Shown: piece by piece, positions 14,472-28,729 of the stretch | Layout of the letters: each line of letters starts with the position of its first letter | How positions within the stretch are numbered: position 1 is the stretch's first letter | Assembly (NCBI GenBank): GCA_012295275.1 | Contig: CM022677.1 | Span: 6,200,001 to 6,264,000 of the forward strand | DNA from: Chrysomallon squamiferum | Taxonomy: Eukaryota; Animalia; Mollusca | Direction of reading: 5' to 3' | DNA length: 64,000 bases | Program-made: the position numbers and the translations under genes | Notes under the pieces: model-generated | The model's database searches: none | Told to the model about the DNA's origin: nothing | The model's input: the letters and a program-made list of their open reading frames with translations, nothing else

Positions 14472-14720
14472 AGATAAAATCCATCGTCAAGCCCACACTT
14501 ACAATACGATACATTACTCAAAAAAACAACATGAATAACACGCACGCCTTCCGAAAGAGTTCGAAACACAAATCCAACACCAAACGTAATTGGCTGAATT
14601 ATAAAACAGTGACCTATGATTTGATTTGTAATAAACTTATCCATCCAATCAGCACTATTATAAGGTCTGCCGCAGTCCAACTCAATTACTGATTAACCAT
14701 CCCGCTGTGGAATGCACACC
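14472..14720 (-). promoter_or_regulatory. Candidate 5' LTR or promoter with two opposed CCAAT boxes
   Basis: Lies upstream of the PBS, is locally CpG-rich, has ATTGGCTG at ~14590 and CCAATCAG at ~14645, and a TATA-like TTATAA. No second LTR copy was found. Confidence 0.35.
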
Positions 14721-17278
14721 AATTTGAAAGTGGTCCATGAAATTCTGGTAAACTTAAAGAATTATGTTAATTATTGTTGGAGATTGTGTACATCTAATTA
14801 ACTCTTTATATCTTTTCATAGTTTTGACGAAAAAATGCCATGTGCATTAACTTTATCTTAATATTTACTTTTATTATGTATTAATAATATTGTATACAAA
14901 TTTATACTAATTCAAAATTTATAGATTAGTTTACATTATATTTCTTATAAAAATTTGTCATTTATTAAAATAGAAATATATTTTAAAGTCAAAATGTAGA
15001 AGTATATTTACTTTTATTTTCTCATAATTTAAAAAAATATTTAATAAATAAATAAAAAAATAAAAATAAAAACCTCAGAATTATTTTCTTGAGCAGTTTC
15101 TCCAGCTTAAAAAAGCACATTAATTTATATTTCTCCGTATTTCTCTGCATCTCTTTATAGAAAAATAATACCTCCTTCTCTGACTATCTCTATGTTTCAC
15201 AGTTTACATAATAAAATATCCAAGTAACATTATATATTTTATTAATTTTATTATGCAGGCTCATTATCCTTAGAAAACACGTATTATTAGTAAAATATAA
15301 ACTCGATTTTTTTTTTTCGCTGTGCTGTTATCTCGTGTTATCTCAAGTTATCAGTAAAAAAAGTATGTGACATCGTTCTAAAGTAAAAATATTTAATACC
15401 ACTTGCAGAGACTATTTATATATTTGATAAATAAAAGATTCTCTCTATGTTGTTTTCTATTATTCTCTAACATATAATATTGATAATTACAGAAATTATA
15501 AATGGTATTATGGTTAATGTTTTGTATGTAACATTTGGAGATTATATTAAAAAAAATAAAACAAGCTCTTATTACTGGAAGAAACGGGATCCCGCTGGGC
15601 TAAAATGAAATGTTGTTATCTATCACACTTTAGTTACATTGAAAATTACAGAGAGAGGCAGATCTTCTTGAGTCACAACGGTTATACTGCTTGTGTAATG
15701 ACTAGTGCTATGCCCATAAGGTTGCAAGAAACCCAGGGGATATTTACCATGTTCTGATACATTACAACAATCAGCACTTGAGTTAGTTACAGAAGATTTA
15801 TTTGATGCACTTGCAACCGTCATGTGTTTTGAAAAAACTAATTAGTTTGGATAAATCACTTTGATTTTGCTGATAAGAATATTCCCACATCTCCCACACA
15901 GGCACTACAACAATGAAGAAGTGTTTTGATATTTATTTGACAATGGAAATTCAGTTTAAATTTTAATTAAAAATGAAAGGTAGGTTTTTCTGTCTGTCCT
16001 TTTCTTTTCTTTTTATTTATTTTATTTTATTTTTTATTTTTACTGAAAAGCAAGTTTATTAAATATGCATTTAATTTTTACAAAGACATTGATAATAAGT
16101 TAAAAAGCAAACACTTATTACACATTGTTATAGTGAAAAAGTGAAGAGTAAACTCAAAAAGTAAGTTTATGCTACACACTTTACTAGAGCAAAAAAATGA
16201 AAATTTATTTTTCAACGTTCAGTACCAAAACAGTGGCGTTTTTAATCATCCAAAGTATTGTAAATTTACTAAATGTTGCGTCCTAATTAAATTCAAAATT
16301 TTTAGAAAGTGCGTTTACTCAGTATGAAATCAGAAAATTATCAATCTTTAAGTGTTATATTACATATTCATTTTTATGATTTTTTCTTTTCTATTTTTCC
16401 TTTCTTTCCTTATTATTATTTGTTTCTGCAAATATTTGCAGCTTACCTTTTAAAGTTTATTTATTTCATTCTTTTCTTTTTTTTCTTTGACAGCAGTAAA
16501 ACATATTTCCTGTATGAACAGTATTTTTATTATTATTATTATTATTGTTATTATTACTCTTGTTGTTATTATAAAACAAAGATCAGAAGTTATAACGGTG
16601 CCTATCAGAAATAACCTATATTCTTAAAATTTCGTTAAAACACAACAATGTCCTAGACTTTCTGGTAAAATAAAACGTAAAATACGCCGCAGTATCTCAT
16701 TGTGATTTGTGTAAACTGCGGTTATAAAATAAAATATAATATCATATTAAACTGTTCTAGCGAGATTACAACTTTTTATATTTCTGAACATATACTGGTA
16801 TTTTGATATCTAACTATGAATGTATCTAACAGATATCACATTAACAACAAGCATTCTCACTTTTTACTATTAATCAGGAAGACGAAGATAAACGACTTAG
16901 TTTCTCACTTTTTCATGTTTAATCGCTTATACCGGAAATATAGAAATATATGCAAACCCCAGATATATTTCTCAGATATTGTCAATATCATCATTTATAT
17001 GTACCTTCAGCTTGGGCATTATTTTATTCTCTGTGCTGTATTATAATAAAGTGTAATATGCAAAACTGCTCCTTATTTTTATTTTATTTTTATTTTTAAT
17101 CGATTAAATTCATTAATTAAGATATGACGTAAATATCCATGAAAATTAATTTAAGTGTAACTAATAGAATTCGATCTCAATTTCATTCTATCTATATATG
17201 AATAAACTCAAATCGCGCGGAAATTAAGGGTTTTCATAGTAAGACTACTTCTAGTTACCGTCTTAATTGTATTGCCCT

Positions 17279-17321
<43 letters not shown>

Positions 17322-17819
17322 CATATTAAAACACATCAAAGGCAGAAATAGCAGAAAATTTATGTTAATGACAAAATATGTTAATTTTAAATACGGTATT
17401 CTGTTTTATTATCACTGTACCATTTATTATTACAGAATATTGTTTGATATATATCACGTTGAAATACATTGCAGCATACCTTATCAAGCTTTATTTTCTA
17501 ATACTTGTCAGAATAGAACTAATGTAAACTAAAGTTAACCATTAATTTAAATATTCTAATAATAATAATGATATATATATTCACAGCATCGAGGATTACA
17601 TCTGTTATATTACTGTTGCAGTTTGGTTTTTGGAAAGATATTACAAAATAGGTGGTACAGTATAATACTTCGATAATTTTAGGAACAGAACAAATGCAAG
17701 ATATTTTATACTACTCACATATTACAACTTGAATTAATATTGTAACATTGTAAATACTTTTAACGTTTTACTTACTACATTTTATACGAATACAAATAAT
17801 TCTACATCTTTCTTGTTAC

Positions 17820-18290
17820 TACTAGTACTAGTACTAACAATTTTACTTGCTGCTGCTGCTGGTATGATCATTTTTACATACGATATGTCACCACCTGTAT
17901 TTACACTACATGCTACTACTAGTATTAAGATGTTTACTCTATGTTACTATGTGTATTAACATTTTTACCTATGACATATCGATGCTGAAATTTCACTTGT
18001 AAATTTACTACACGTTACTAGTACCAGCATTTTTACTACATGATACTACTAGTACTAACATTTTTACTTACGATACTGAAATTTATATTTTAATTCATAC
18101 AGCTTTCTACTACTATTATTATTTTTACTATATGTTACTACTTGTATTAACAGTTTTATTTACTACGTGTTACTACAAAGATTTCCATTTTTACTATCTG
18201 TTACTTACTACTGGTATTAATATTTTTACTTACTACATCTCACCCATTAACACTTTTACTTACAAAGTGTTATTACTTGTGTTTCAATGT
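17820..18290. repeat. Degenerate minisatellite (~35-40 bp; ttttactac...tactactagtattaaca)
   Basis: Recurring TTTTTACT and TACTACTAGTA(C/T)TAACA motifs at roughly regular spacing. Confidence 0.55.
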
Positions 18291-18335
18291 TATTTGTGTA
18301 TGTATGTATATATATATATATATATATAGATTGTT

Positions 18336-18366
<31 letters not shown>

Positions 18367-18996
18367 TTTATCACTAATGTACAAGACAGGCCTTGCTTGT
18401 ATTTGTATGATTAACACTAAAGAGTAATTACAAATTCTGACTAGGACATTTTCAAGAAAATTGAAAGTCATGTATACACTAATCCTGCTCTATAGCTACT
18501 ACCACTTCTGTACTACAACTATGCTACTACTACTGCTCTACTACTACTTCTTTTTGCCTACTACTACTATCTATAACTACAATTGCCCTGCTGCTGCTGC
18601 CACTACAATTACAACTACATATTCTGCCTGTGTTACTTCACTATGCTATAAAATCGTTGGGAAAGTAAGTGCCGTTAATACTGGTGAAATAACTTTTAGT
18701 AAATTTATTTGAAATGATTTAAGTTTATGAATTTCGAATTGTGATGTTTTTAAAATTTTATTTCTCATGATAAATATTAATAATTTTGTTGTTATGTTTT
18801 ACAGAGTAACTTGTGATCAACATCTACTGTAGGCAAATATATTACATTAGAAAATTCAGAGATTATATACTGTAGGGTCAAAATATTTGGACGCTCTTTT
18901 TGCGTTTGATTCTCAAAAATTATATGAAAATAGCAGATACTCCGGGAATAGGGCAACAAAGATCCTATGTAAGTTAAATAGTGAAAAAACTCTTAC

Positions 18997-19200
18997 CTTA
19001 TTAAATTACCAGTTTCAGCAGATGAAGTGACTTTAAAAGGTTTTAAGCGAGCTCCCTTTACGAAAGTTTGTTTACGCAACTTCCACCAACTTTGTGTAGG
19101 GACGCCAATAACACTGTCGTCACAGCGCATAATTGACGTCACAAAACCCGAGCCAAATACGATGGCAGGTGCCCGGAATCTCGGCATCTGATTGGTTAAA
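18997..19200 (-). promoter_or_regulatory. CpG-rich promoter-like patch with CRE and CCAAT, followed by a candidate first exon
   Basis: TGACGTCA at ~19134, CTGATTGG at ~19187, local CpG enrichment, and a minus-strand donor AAG|gtaaga at ~18997. Confidence 0.4.
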
Positions 19201-19299
19201 CTAATGTTTATATAAACAATGCAGATGTTTTTATTTATTTATTTATTAAATTATTAATTTATTAATTATTAAAAACAGTATAAATTAAATTTTACTTTC

Positions 19300-19355
19300 T
19301 ACAGTTTAATATCATAAAAGTATCTCTTTAGATACTTTTATGATATTAAACTGTA
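19300..19355. repeat. Perfect inverted repeat: 26-bp arms, 4-nt loop
   Basis: tacagtttaatatcataaaagtatct-cttt-agatacttttatgatattaaactgta. Confidence 0.95.
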
Positions 19356-19583
19356 TTTATTATTATTATTATCTTTACTAACAAATATTTAGGTGATACT
19401 CTGTAAAAATATAGTCTAAGCACATTTTAGATATTTTCTCAGAATAGTGTTAGTATATTAAACAGACAGCTTAGTAATTTTACATTACAATAATTAATTC
19501 TGAATATAAGCTGAGGCCAGGATGTGATCTCTGAGCCTGTTACTTTATAGATTAACCATAACAGCATTGTTAAAAATGTGAGT

Positions 19584-19617
<34 letters not shown>

Positions 19618-19888
19618 CTTTTATTCAACATTTCATTCATATTTCATTTTATTTTAATTTCTTAATATTAATTTTTATTGTTCTTATTTTTTAGTGAACG
19701 TGTTCATACTCTGACTGGAAAGGAAGTAATACTTTGGATGTCAAATGGGAAGTGAAAAACAAAAAATTGAACCTTTCTTAAAAAATGTGGTATAAGAGAT
19801 GCTTTTTTGTTTTACCACTGGTATTACTAGTAGTAGTAGAGTAGTAGTAGAATTGTATTACTATTGGTTTTATCATTATTACTACTAC

Positions 19889-19939
<51 letters not shown>

Positions 19940-20241
19940 TTTATTTATGTTTCTCTTTCTCATATATCTCCGTTTCTTTTTCTTTAGCAAGAAATTATAT
20001 TACACAGGTTATTCTGATATTTATTGATCTACATTTAAATATTACATGAAATTTATGTTCATAAGTCTTATTTATATACAGTAAAACATTTATTTTATTA
20101 AGCAGGTGAAAATTCTGGATTTTATACAGGGAATAGGATGCTGGCAATCTCAGTACACTTTTGATAGTAAACATTTGTGAGTGTCTGTTTTTATGTATGC
20201 ATGTATGTGTTTGTGTGTTATCATGTTTGTGTGTGTGTGTT

Positions 20242-20309
<68 letters not shown>

Positions 20310-20689
20310 AAACTTTTATATGGTAGAGGAGTAAGAGAACATTTGTGATATTTTCTCATCAAACAAATATGTTAACACACCACACCCTAGATCTGTACCT
20401 GATGTCTTCTGTACAGAGAAATATCTATTTGACTTACACTTGTTATAATTACTATTTTTGATATCTTTTAAAATAAATATAATGTTTTCATTTTCTGTTA
20501 TTGCCTTGTTTTTCGATATTTATGCCTTTTAAGATAAATTTGAATGAACTGTTACGAATGCAATAAACATCTCTTCAAAAAACTTTGAACACATTTGTAA
20601 CAGTAATCTAAGTTTACAAAAGGTATTTTACTTATACATTTAGATTCAGAAAAATAAATTTAAATAGCATAATTTTACTTTTTTTTGTA

Positions 20690-21470
20690 TGAAGACAGGT
20701 ACATATGGATATATATACACTCGCAGATAATACATATTTAATGTTCTGAAGATTTTACAAAATAGAACCGTTAATTAAAAGGTTAGTATGTGGACACATG
20801 GTAGCAAATAAAAGTTTAAGGCAAATATATTTTGATATTCATTTTATAAGTCGGAAACTAGTATTACACCACAGATTATATTGATAATTACAGATAGATG
20901 CATATATATATAGTTAATCGAGAATAAAATTCCATATTTATACAATAATATAACCGATAATCTCTAATAAGACATATATTAAATAATAATTGAAATTAAA
21001 ATTGATTCTTATTTTGTTATCAGTGGGTAAAATTATCAGTGCTAATAGCGTTTTCTCATTTAAGTATATTATAAATAAATCAGTTTATAAGTAATCAGTG
21101 AAATATATTTTGATATGATGAAATATATTTTGATATAATTAAGCATTTTTGATATAATTAACTATTTTTTGATATGATTAAATATATTTTGATATAATTA
21201 AGTAGTTTTGATATAATTAAATATATTGTGATATGATTAAATGTATATTGATACAATTGAGTATTTTTGATATGATTTCATAATTTCTCATTTAATTATA
21301 TTATAAATAAATCAGTTTATTATTATTTTATATTTGTATTTAGTTTTTAACTCGACGAAATCTTTCTTTGATAACATTACGCGGCCTAATAAAAAAAATT
21401 TGAAGTAATTTTTATATCCGTTCTCAGAACAGTTCTAATGAAACTAAGAGAATAGCGTCAAACAAAATCA
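20690..21470 (+). repeat. Duplicated block B1 (direct copy at ~50650-51540) containing a 21-bp minisatellite at ~21100-21275
   Basis: Shares tgttctgaaga.tttacaaaatagaaccgttaatta and cagaacagttctaatgaaactaagagaatagcgtcaaaca with the second copy. Both copies carry aaatatattttgatat(g/a)att units. Confidence 0.9.
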
Positions 21471-22539
21471 GGATTAGTTTTTAGGTGCACCTGAGATTGT
21501 ACTGATAATTAAATATTGATTTTCTTTTTCTAGACAGGTGTGTATTCAAAAGCTAAGGTTACACTTGAAATATTAGCAAATAATTTATTATATATGAAGT
21601 GATATTCATTTTAATATTTCTTGTTGAGAAGTAAAGTGAATATTCAGGAATAAAATATCGCTACCAGATAAAAATGTTATTTCATTAGCAATTGTGATTT
21701 TACACGGCAAAAGTAACGTAGTGTTTTTATTAAGAAAATGCACTATTTACACTGATAATTTTCGCTGCTTAATTTTTACACGCCATCACTGTTTATCTAG
21801 TATTTAATCTTATTAGCTTGATCCACAGAATATATTGAATGGTATCCTGAAAGAAAACAGTGGATTCTTTAATAGTATGTGGCAGTTCATATGATGCAGC
21901 ACAAATTGCAATATATACCTATATCTATATATCTATCTATCTATCTATATATATATATATATATATATATTATTATTATTATTATTATTATTAAGATTAT
22001 TATTATTATTATTATTTCTTTTCTTTTTTCTGAAGACATATCCAAAATCCGCAAAAATTCGCTCAGCTGAAGTTTGTCAAATTCACTTAATAAAAATTAA
22101 TACTCATCAAATTTAATTCGACGATTTGTTTACTATGAGAAATAATCTGACTAATCTGAAATTCAGCAACATTTTCAGATTTATTCTAAACTGAGAAACA
22201 AAAGGCAGTACATAAATAGTTATTAAAATTAATTTTTATAACTGAGGGGCAACATTATCAGTGTAAGTAGCGGCATTCTTAAGTAAAACTGTCATTTATT
22301 TTTACTTGCTTATAAATATGTGATGTTATATAATTTATTCGTGTATACAGCGGTATACTTAATTAAAAATATCACTTTATTTGTACTTGTTTACAATTAA
22401 TATGATGTTTATTCGTTTAATTAGCAGTATCCTTAATTAAAACTATCTTATTTTATAATTATGTTATGCTTTATATTAAACTGGGCTCTTTTTACAAAAT
22501 AATGGAATATCATTTAAATTTTCTTCTATTTTTTTTATA

Positions 22540-22587
<48 letters not shown>

Positions 22588-23929
22588 TAAAATACAAATT
22601 TAAAATTTTTAAATTAAACTCTATATTATGCTCTGTATTTCCCAAAATACAGGTATTCTCTATAATCGATGTTCTTACGTGAAATTATCATTTTAATGTG
22701 TAGTGATATATAATTTATGACGTTAATATTGCGCCTTCTAACGTGTTCTGCTTCTAGCAGAAGGTAAGTAAGTAGAGAAAGCTACAGATTAATAATCTTG
22801 TCTAAAACTGTATGAAATACAAAGGAGAAGTTGAGTGGGCGCGAGGTTAGACTGATAAATAAGAATAACAGCGATTAAAAATAAAAAACAATTCAGAAAT
22901 TTGCAAATGAAAATTGTTTCCAATTTTTTATAATCTGTATTTTCTGTTTAATTGAAATAATTTGTGGAGAAAAATATATGAAAATGATAATAAAAAGATG
23001 AAAATAATAACAAAAAGTTATAAACAATTATAAAATAAAAATAATCTATTCTGCACATACGTTGAATATTTCTTATTAAAAATTATCATTTATAATTGAA
23101 TAATAAACGTGGAGTAAAACGTATTTGTAGCAGATGCAAAGTGTTTAAAAAATTTCAAGAAAAAATACAGGAAAAGATGAAGATTTTGAAATGAATATAA
23201 AAGATTATATTATTTTTGCTGATTCTACATTTTGCCGTATAAACTAGATGTAAGGAATAATTTCTCAGCTCAGTTTGCAAGCGATTAATATCAGATTTGT
23301 ATGAGTTTTCTGAAGGTAATCTCAGTTTACTCGAATTTACGTTTCCGCAGTGCAGCGTAGACGAATACATTATGTTCAATCTTAGTAAATGTACCACTGT
23401 TTACATTGATATTTTATTAAGTTTACCTCTGTTTTGCATCATAACAAATGATGATAATATAATTGTCAGTATAATATTGGATACAGCTAAAAGAATATTA
23501 TCGGCTTTTCAAGAATAATCGTGATAATGTTAATTAAAAAAATGTCGATGTTCAGTTTCAAAATTACACGTGAAAACTGCGCTCGTGTTGACAACATAAA
23601 TATTATACCTTAACAACATTTATTATAAACGTATAAACAAAAATGAGTGAATTCTTATAAAGTCTGACATTAAATACTGAACACGTGAGAAGTTACACTT
23701 TACTTGAATCACAAAATTTGGTTTTGCATAGCAAAAGAGACAAGCAAAGTTTTCTCTTTGAAAAAAGGCGACGTAATTCACATTTACATATAAAACCAGC
23801 GTCATTTATATTATAACTTGATACTGAGTGAAAATAACGTGATGTTTTTCTATGTTTTCCTCTAGTTTGCATCATAAACAATAATGATAATTTCACTTAC
23901 AGTTACAATTTGTTCTTCTTACATAGTTA

Positions 23930-25569
23930 ATATTAAACTTTGTAAGTTACATCATAGAAAACGTGCCTAACCTCCCGAGTTAGTGTTTTATGAGATGAGG
24001 ATATGAACAGTTAGACGAAACATAGCATTTATTACATGACTTTACTTTCAAGTAAGTACTAATCTTACTTCTCCAGCTATCAATAAAATCTTTCCTGAAG
24101 CTTTTAAAATGTCAGATTAAACTGAAATACATATGTAATGCATATAACATTAATATCCAACATCCATGATTTAAATTGTGCAGTCGATTTTAAAATTAAA
24201 TTAATTTATTTATTTATTTAAGAAAAATAATCAGTAATAAATAGTGATATTTTTTGTACTATATCATTCTATTTTTGATTGCACCTCAGTTTATTCATAT
24301 AAAACTGAAATCTTATTTGTTTATAGAACGTAAACTCTGTCCAGCATCACAAATTACGTCTAGAAAACTTCAAAGTTTCATGTTTCAGTAGATACTCAAA
24401 TACGATTTGAAAAAACAAAACTGGCCAGTGGAATTTTTACTGAAACACGTGTTATCCAGACAGTCAGCTACACGTCTGCACAGCCCGACTTGTCTTCATC
24501 AAGTTTCACACAAACGTTTCTTCACAAAACACTCGCCGTTGAACAGGACGAACAAGAACCAGAATTCTTAAAATATACTTGTTAAAAGTTAATTACCAGA
24601 AAACTAATTAAAAACACAATCTGTGGTGTAATTATTGAAAATCATCTTCATCTTTCTGCACGTCACTGTCTTCTGCTTAGAACAAGTATATTTGTAAAAT
24701 ATACACAACGCTTTGCCAGGAATTATAAAAATGGTACTTTATTCTATTACTACTACTGTCTGGAAGAGAGAAAAAAAAACACGAAAAAACAATATTCGAT
24801 CTTTTTTGTAACTGTAGGATTTTACTGTGAAAACTCTGTGTACATTCAGAAATTTAGACTGGGTGTTCGGGTTAGAGTGTTTTTATAAATAACAGTAGAA
24901 TTATATGTGAAATTCAAAGTGTCGAGAACGCTTCCATACTAATGTGACATTTTATTAACACGTTTCACTGAAAAGCTAAGTAGGTGTAATTTTACACGAC
25001 GTTATGAAAATAAGAACCGCCATCACTATTTATGTTATATGTTTTATGTTTGTTAACAGAGGCGTAGCGGTAATAGTATGTATTAAAAACATGAATCTGG
25101 AAATCTAACTCGCTATATTTCTCAGTTTCTAAATTATTCCAGTAGAATATAAGCCAAGTATCAACACTTCAGCTACTGTTGAAAAAATATCGAGAACTCT
25201 TCAGTGATATCTAATTTACAGCAGAACACGTTTCACTGAAAAGCTAAGTAAGAGTAATTTTACACGGCGTTATGAAAACTTCACTGCACGTCAAAGTTTC
25301 GTGTTTCAGTAAATACTCAAAATACAGTACCGCCATCACTGTTTATGTTTCATGTTTTATGTTGTTAACAGAGGCGTAGCGGTAATATTACGTGTTGAAA
25401 AATACAGGCATTCTTTTTTAATTAACAATATTAGACAATTTTGTTTCGCGTAATAAATAAATAAATAAATAATAAGCTTATTTTTTCCTTAACTGGTATA
25501 ACGTACCTAACGAGCTGAATAATGAATCAACATTTAAGGATATGTATGGAAAATATTGAATGTCTTCCA

Positions 25570-25624
<55 letters not shown>

Positions 25625-26108
25625 GTTATTATTATTATTTTAAGATAGTAGATTGCATTCGAGAGGTGTCAGGCGACTTTAAGATAAATTAGCTTCTCCA
25701 TATTGTTGATATTTATCTTGCATAAATACTTGAATAGTCTAGAATATTAAAAATAAAGTAAAAAGGCGAGAAAAGGGAGATGAACCATGAATATTATAAG
25801 ACAAGTTCTGTAACTGCGTTGTTACAGATTAATTCTTAATTAACTATTGGGAGACTATACAAGGAAGTAATATTCTATTATCCACTGTTAAAATAAATTC
25901 ACAATTAGACAATTAATATTCAACTAGGAATAATCTGGAGAGAAATAAGACGTAGCGTTAATATTGAAAACGTGAGGATGGTGTAAACTGAGTTACATTT
26001 ACTTGAACAAGAACATTTTTCACATGGAGAAGCTAAGTTTTCTATGAGATAAAACGCAAATTAATTAACTTAATTAACAAACAAAACAAAAAAAGTAATA
26101 ATAATACG

Positions 26109-26140
<32 letters not shown>

Positions 26141-26330
26141 CTGTTTCTAATCTATTTATCTATTATAACTGTTTCTTTGTTTATAATGACGACAGCAATA
26201 ATATCTTACATAACGACATTAACGACAAAAACAACAACAGTAACTACAATAATACTAATTAAAATGATAAATAAAATAATAATTAATAAAGAATACTGAA
26301 ACAAGGAGAAAAGAAAAGAGTAAGAAATGA
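23930..26330 (+). repeat. Duplicated block B2 (direct, rearranged copy at ~60120-63670)
   Basis: Shares gtaagttacatcatagaaaac, gttatccagacagtcagctaca.gtctgcacagcccgacttgtcttca and aaaacatgaatctggaaatctaactcgctatatttctcag. There is an internal duplication at ~24955-25080 and ~25225-25400. Confidence 0.9.
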
Positions 26331-27150
26331 TTATTCCCGGTTACCACGAACTTCTGAAATAGATTACACCTCGCAAATGCGAGGTAACGATAATTCAGAT
26401 TTGCTGCTTTTAGATGAAAAAAACTAATTTTGCATACTATTGTATAGCAAACAGAACCGGCTTATTAACATTCCCTGCGTTTTGTTTGTCTTTTAAATAA
26501 CCAGTTCCTTTATTTTTGATTTATTTAATGTGTTATTCTAAAATGCCTATATGATTTATTTTTTCATTTATTTTGTTTTTATTTGAATTTTTTGGTATAT
26601 TTGCACATATCCAATACACCATATTTAGGATACTATTTGAAAGCTATTTAATAATAAAAGTTTCAAAAAAAAAGAATAAAAGCAAAGTCAGACCCGTCAA
26701 AATATTGTAAATTCGACTACAATTTCGAGTAGAATACTTATGGTAGCATGGACGATCAGGAACGGTTACTCGTAACGGCACAAATTAAACCGCGCGTGCA
26801 CGGAAACTTCCGATGGAAATCCAAGATGGGAGCTTCGAACGCCGATCAGTGTTTACAAACATTTAAACACGAATTCCTTCATAATGCAATCAATTCTACA
26901 TGGATTATTAGAGGTAACTTGGAGAAATATATCATATACCAATGCGGCTTATACATAGATGTCTGTTGTATTGATCCTTTTTTTAGATATCTAAATTTTT
27001 ATTTAAATTGTTATTTATTATTAAACCCTATTATAATAAGACAGATGATATTTATTTATAATAATGTCTTTTAACATTACAGACAATAAAACACAATGGA
27101 AAAATACTTCTAAATAATTATTTTATTAAATTTTATTATTGTGTCTACAG

Positions 27151-27577
27151 GAAAGACATGATTCTGGAATCAGCTTCAGTTACAAGAATATGGAGAAGAC
27201 TATACAGGTTATATTATGGATTTTTCATTCCACAGCAGTTTCCAGACAGATAAGTTGTTGACAATACACGTCAGTGTTGACTGATTATTCTCCAATAGTT
27301 AACAGTGGATGATTCTTAGTTATTATGGAAGGGAACAAAAAACTTCCACCGTAATGACTAATGACACTGCAAAAGATCTGTGTGTTTCTACATTACAAAT
27401 TAGAAATTAGTGCAGAAAAAGTTAAAATATGATATTTACATCTAGACAACGAGCAGGTTCCAGCTTAATGTTGTTTTCATAAAGAATATTAGAAGTTGAC
27501 TTGAGAGCAGCCATTTGAAGAAATGGAAAGAAGATTGACAGAGATATGAGACAGACTGTCTGATGGGAGGTTAACAG
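27151..27577 (+). pseudogene. Isolated degenerate exon-like fragment of unknown gene
   Basis: Acceptor tctacag at 27150, donor CAG|gtaaag near 27578 and coding-like composition. All frames are interrupted. Confidence 0.3.
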
Positions 27578-27783
27578 GTAAAGAGATAAACAGGAAGATA
27601 AACAGAAAGAAAGAGAGAGATGTTGATAGACTGATAGACAGTTAGATCAGTAGAAGTTAACAAATGAATTGATAGATGTAGATGAATTCAGGCAGATAGA
27701 CAAACATGCCTGTCTATCTATTCTGTGAAGGTAGGTAGGTCAGTAGATCAGTAGTATAATATGTAGATATATGTAGATAGTTA

Positions 27784-27823
<40 letters not shown>

Positions 27824-27963
27824 CTCTCAGAGAGACAGATAGGTAGGTAGGTCATTCAGCAGTTTGATATGTAGATATATGTAGATAGTTATCTAATAGA
27901 TAGCAGACACACAGCGAAACAGGTATATATGGGCAAGTATGGATGGTAATGTACAATAAGGAA

Positions 27964-28001
<38 letters not shown>

Positions 28002-28729
28002 CAGGTGTAGGTATGCATAAGTTGGACCAGGGACTAGTATACAGATGGATATTGAAAGGTAAATTTGCTTGTGTTTTTTTAAGTGTGTGAATATATTGAG
28101 TATATATGTGTGCAAACATACAGAAATATAGGGATATTTGAAGGTGGATATGTAGATATGTAGGCAAGGAGATGTTTAAATGACTGACTGATGTATTGAT
28201 GGTTATTGATGTCAATGGATTTACATGATAAAAGAAAAATAGGCAGATATAAACTGCTAGGTAGGTTGATTATGTTGATAGACTGAGAAATTGTATAGAT
28301 AGACATATATATAGAGATGTATAAAGATAGGTGTGTGTGTGTGTGTGTGTGCCAGTGATAAGGATGGCTAAATATGGGAATTGTGAATGAGAGTTATAAA
28401 TGGACAGTAACAGAGAAAGATAGATATGTAAAGTAGTTATGTAAAGATGAATAGGTGATGCATGGATAGTTATTGATGGAATGTAATGTATTCATTTACT
28501 TAGAGATTGGTGGAGGACATTCAGAGAGATATATAGATAGCTAAACAGATAGGCAGGTCAGCAGGTTTTTGTTTCATTGATGTTTTCCGCTCCTTGTTGT
28601 TTCCGGCACTTTTCTAACTCATTGAAAGTCTCGTATTCGTCATCGGGTCTGTGTTGGTTGCGTCCTGTTTGTTTGTTCTGTTCTCGGCTGCTGTTGATGT
28701 TTCCTTGTTCGTTTTGACTGTTCCCAAAC

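Noticed and set aside
27151-27577. NACHT/STAND NTPase exon partnering the LRR exons
   Set aside because: Only a GKT-like start and an IFTSR-like stretch in broken frames; not enough to support the call.
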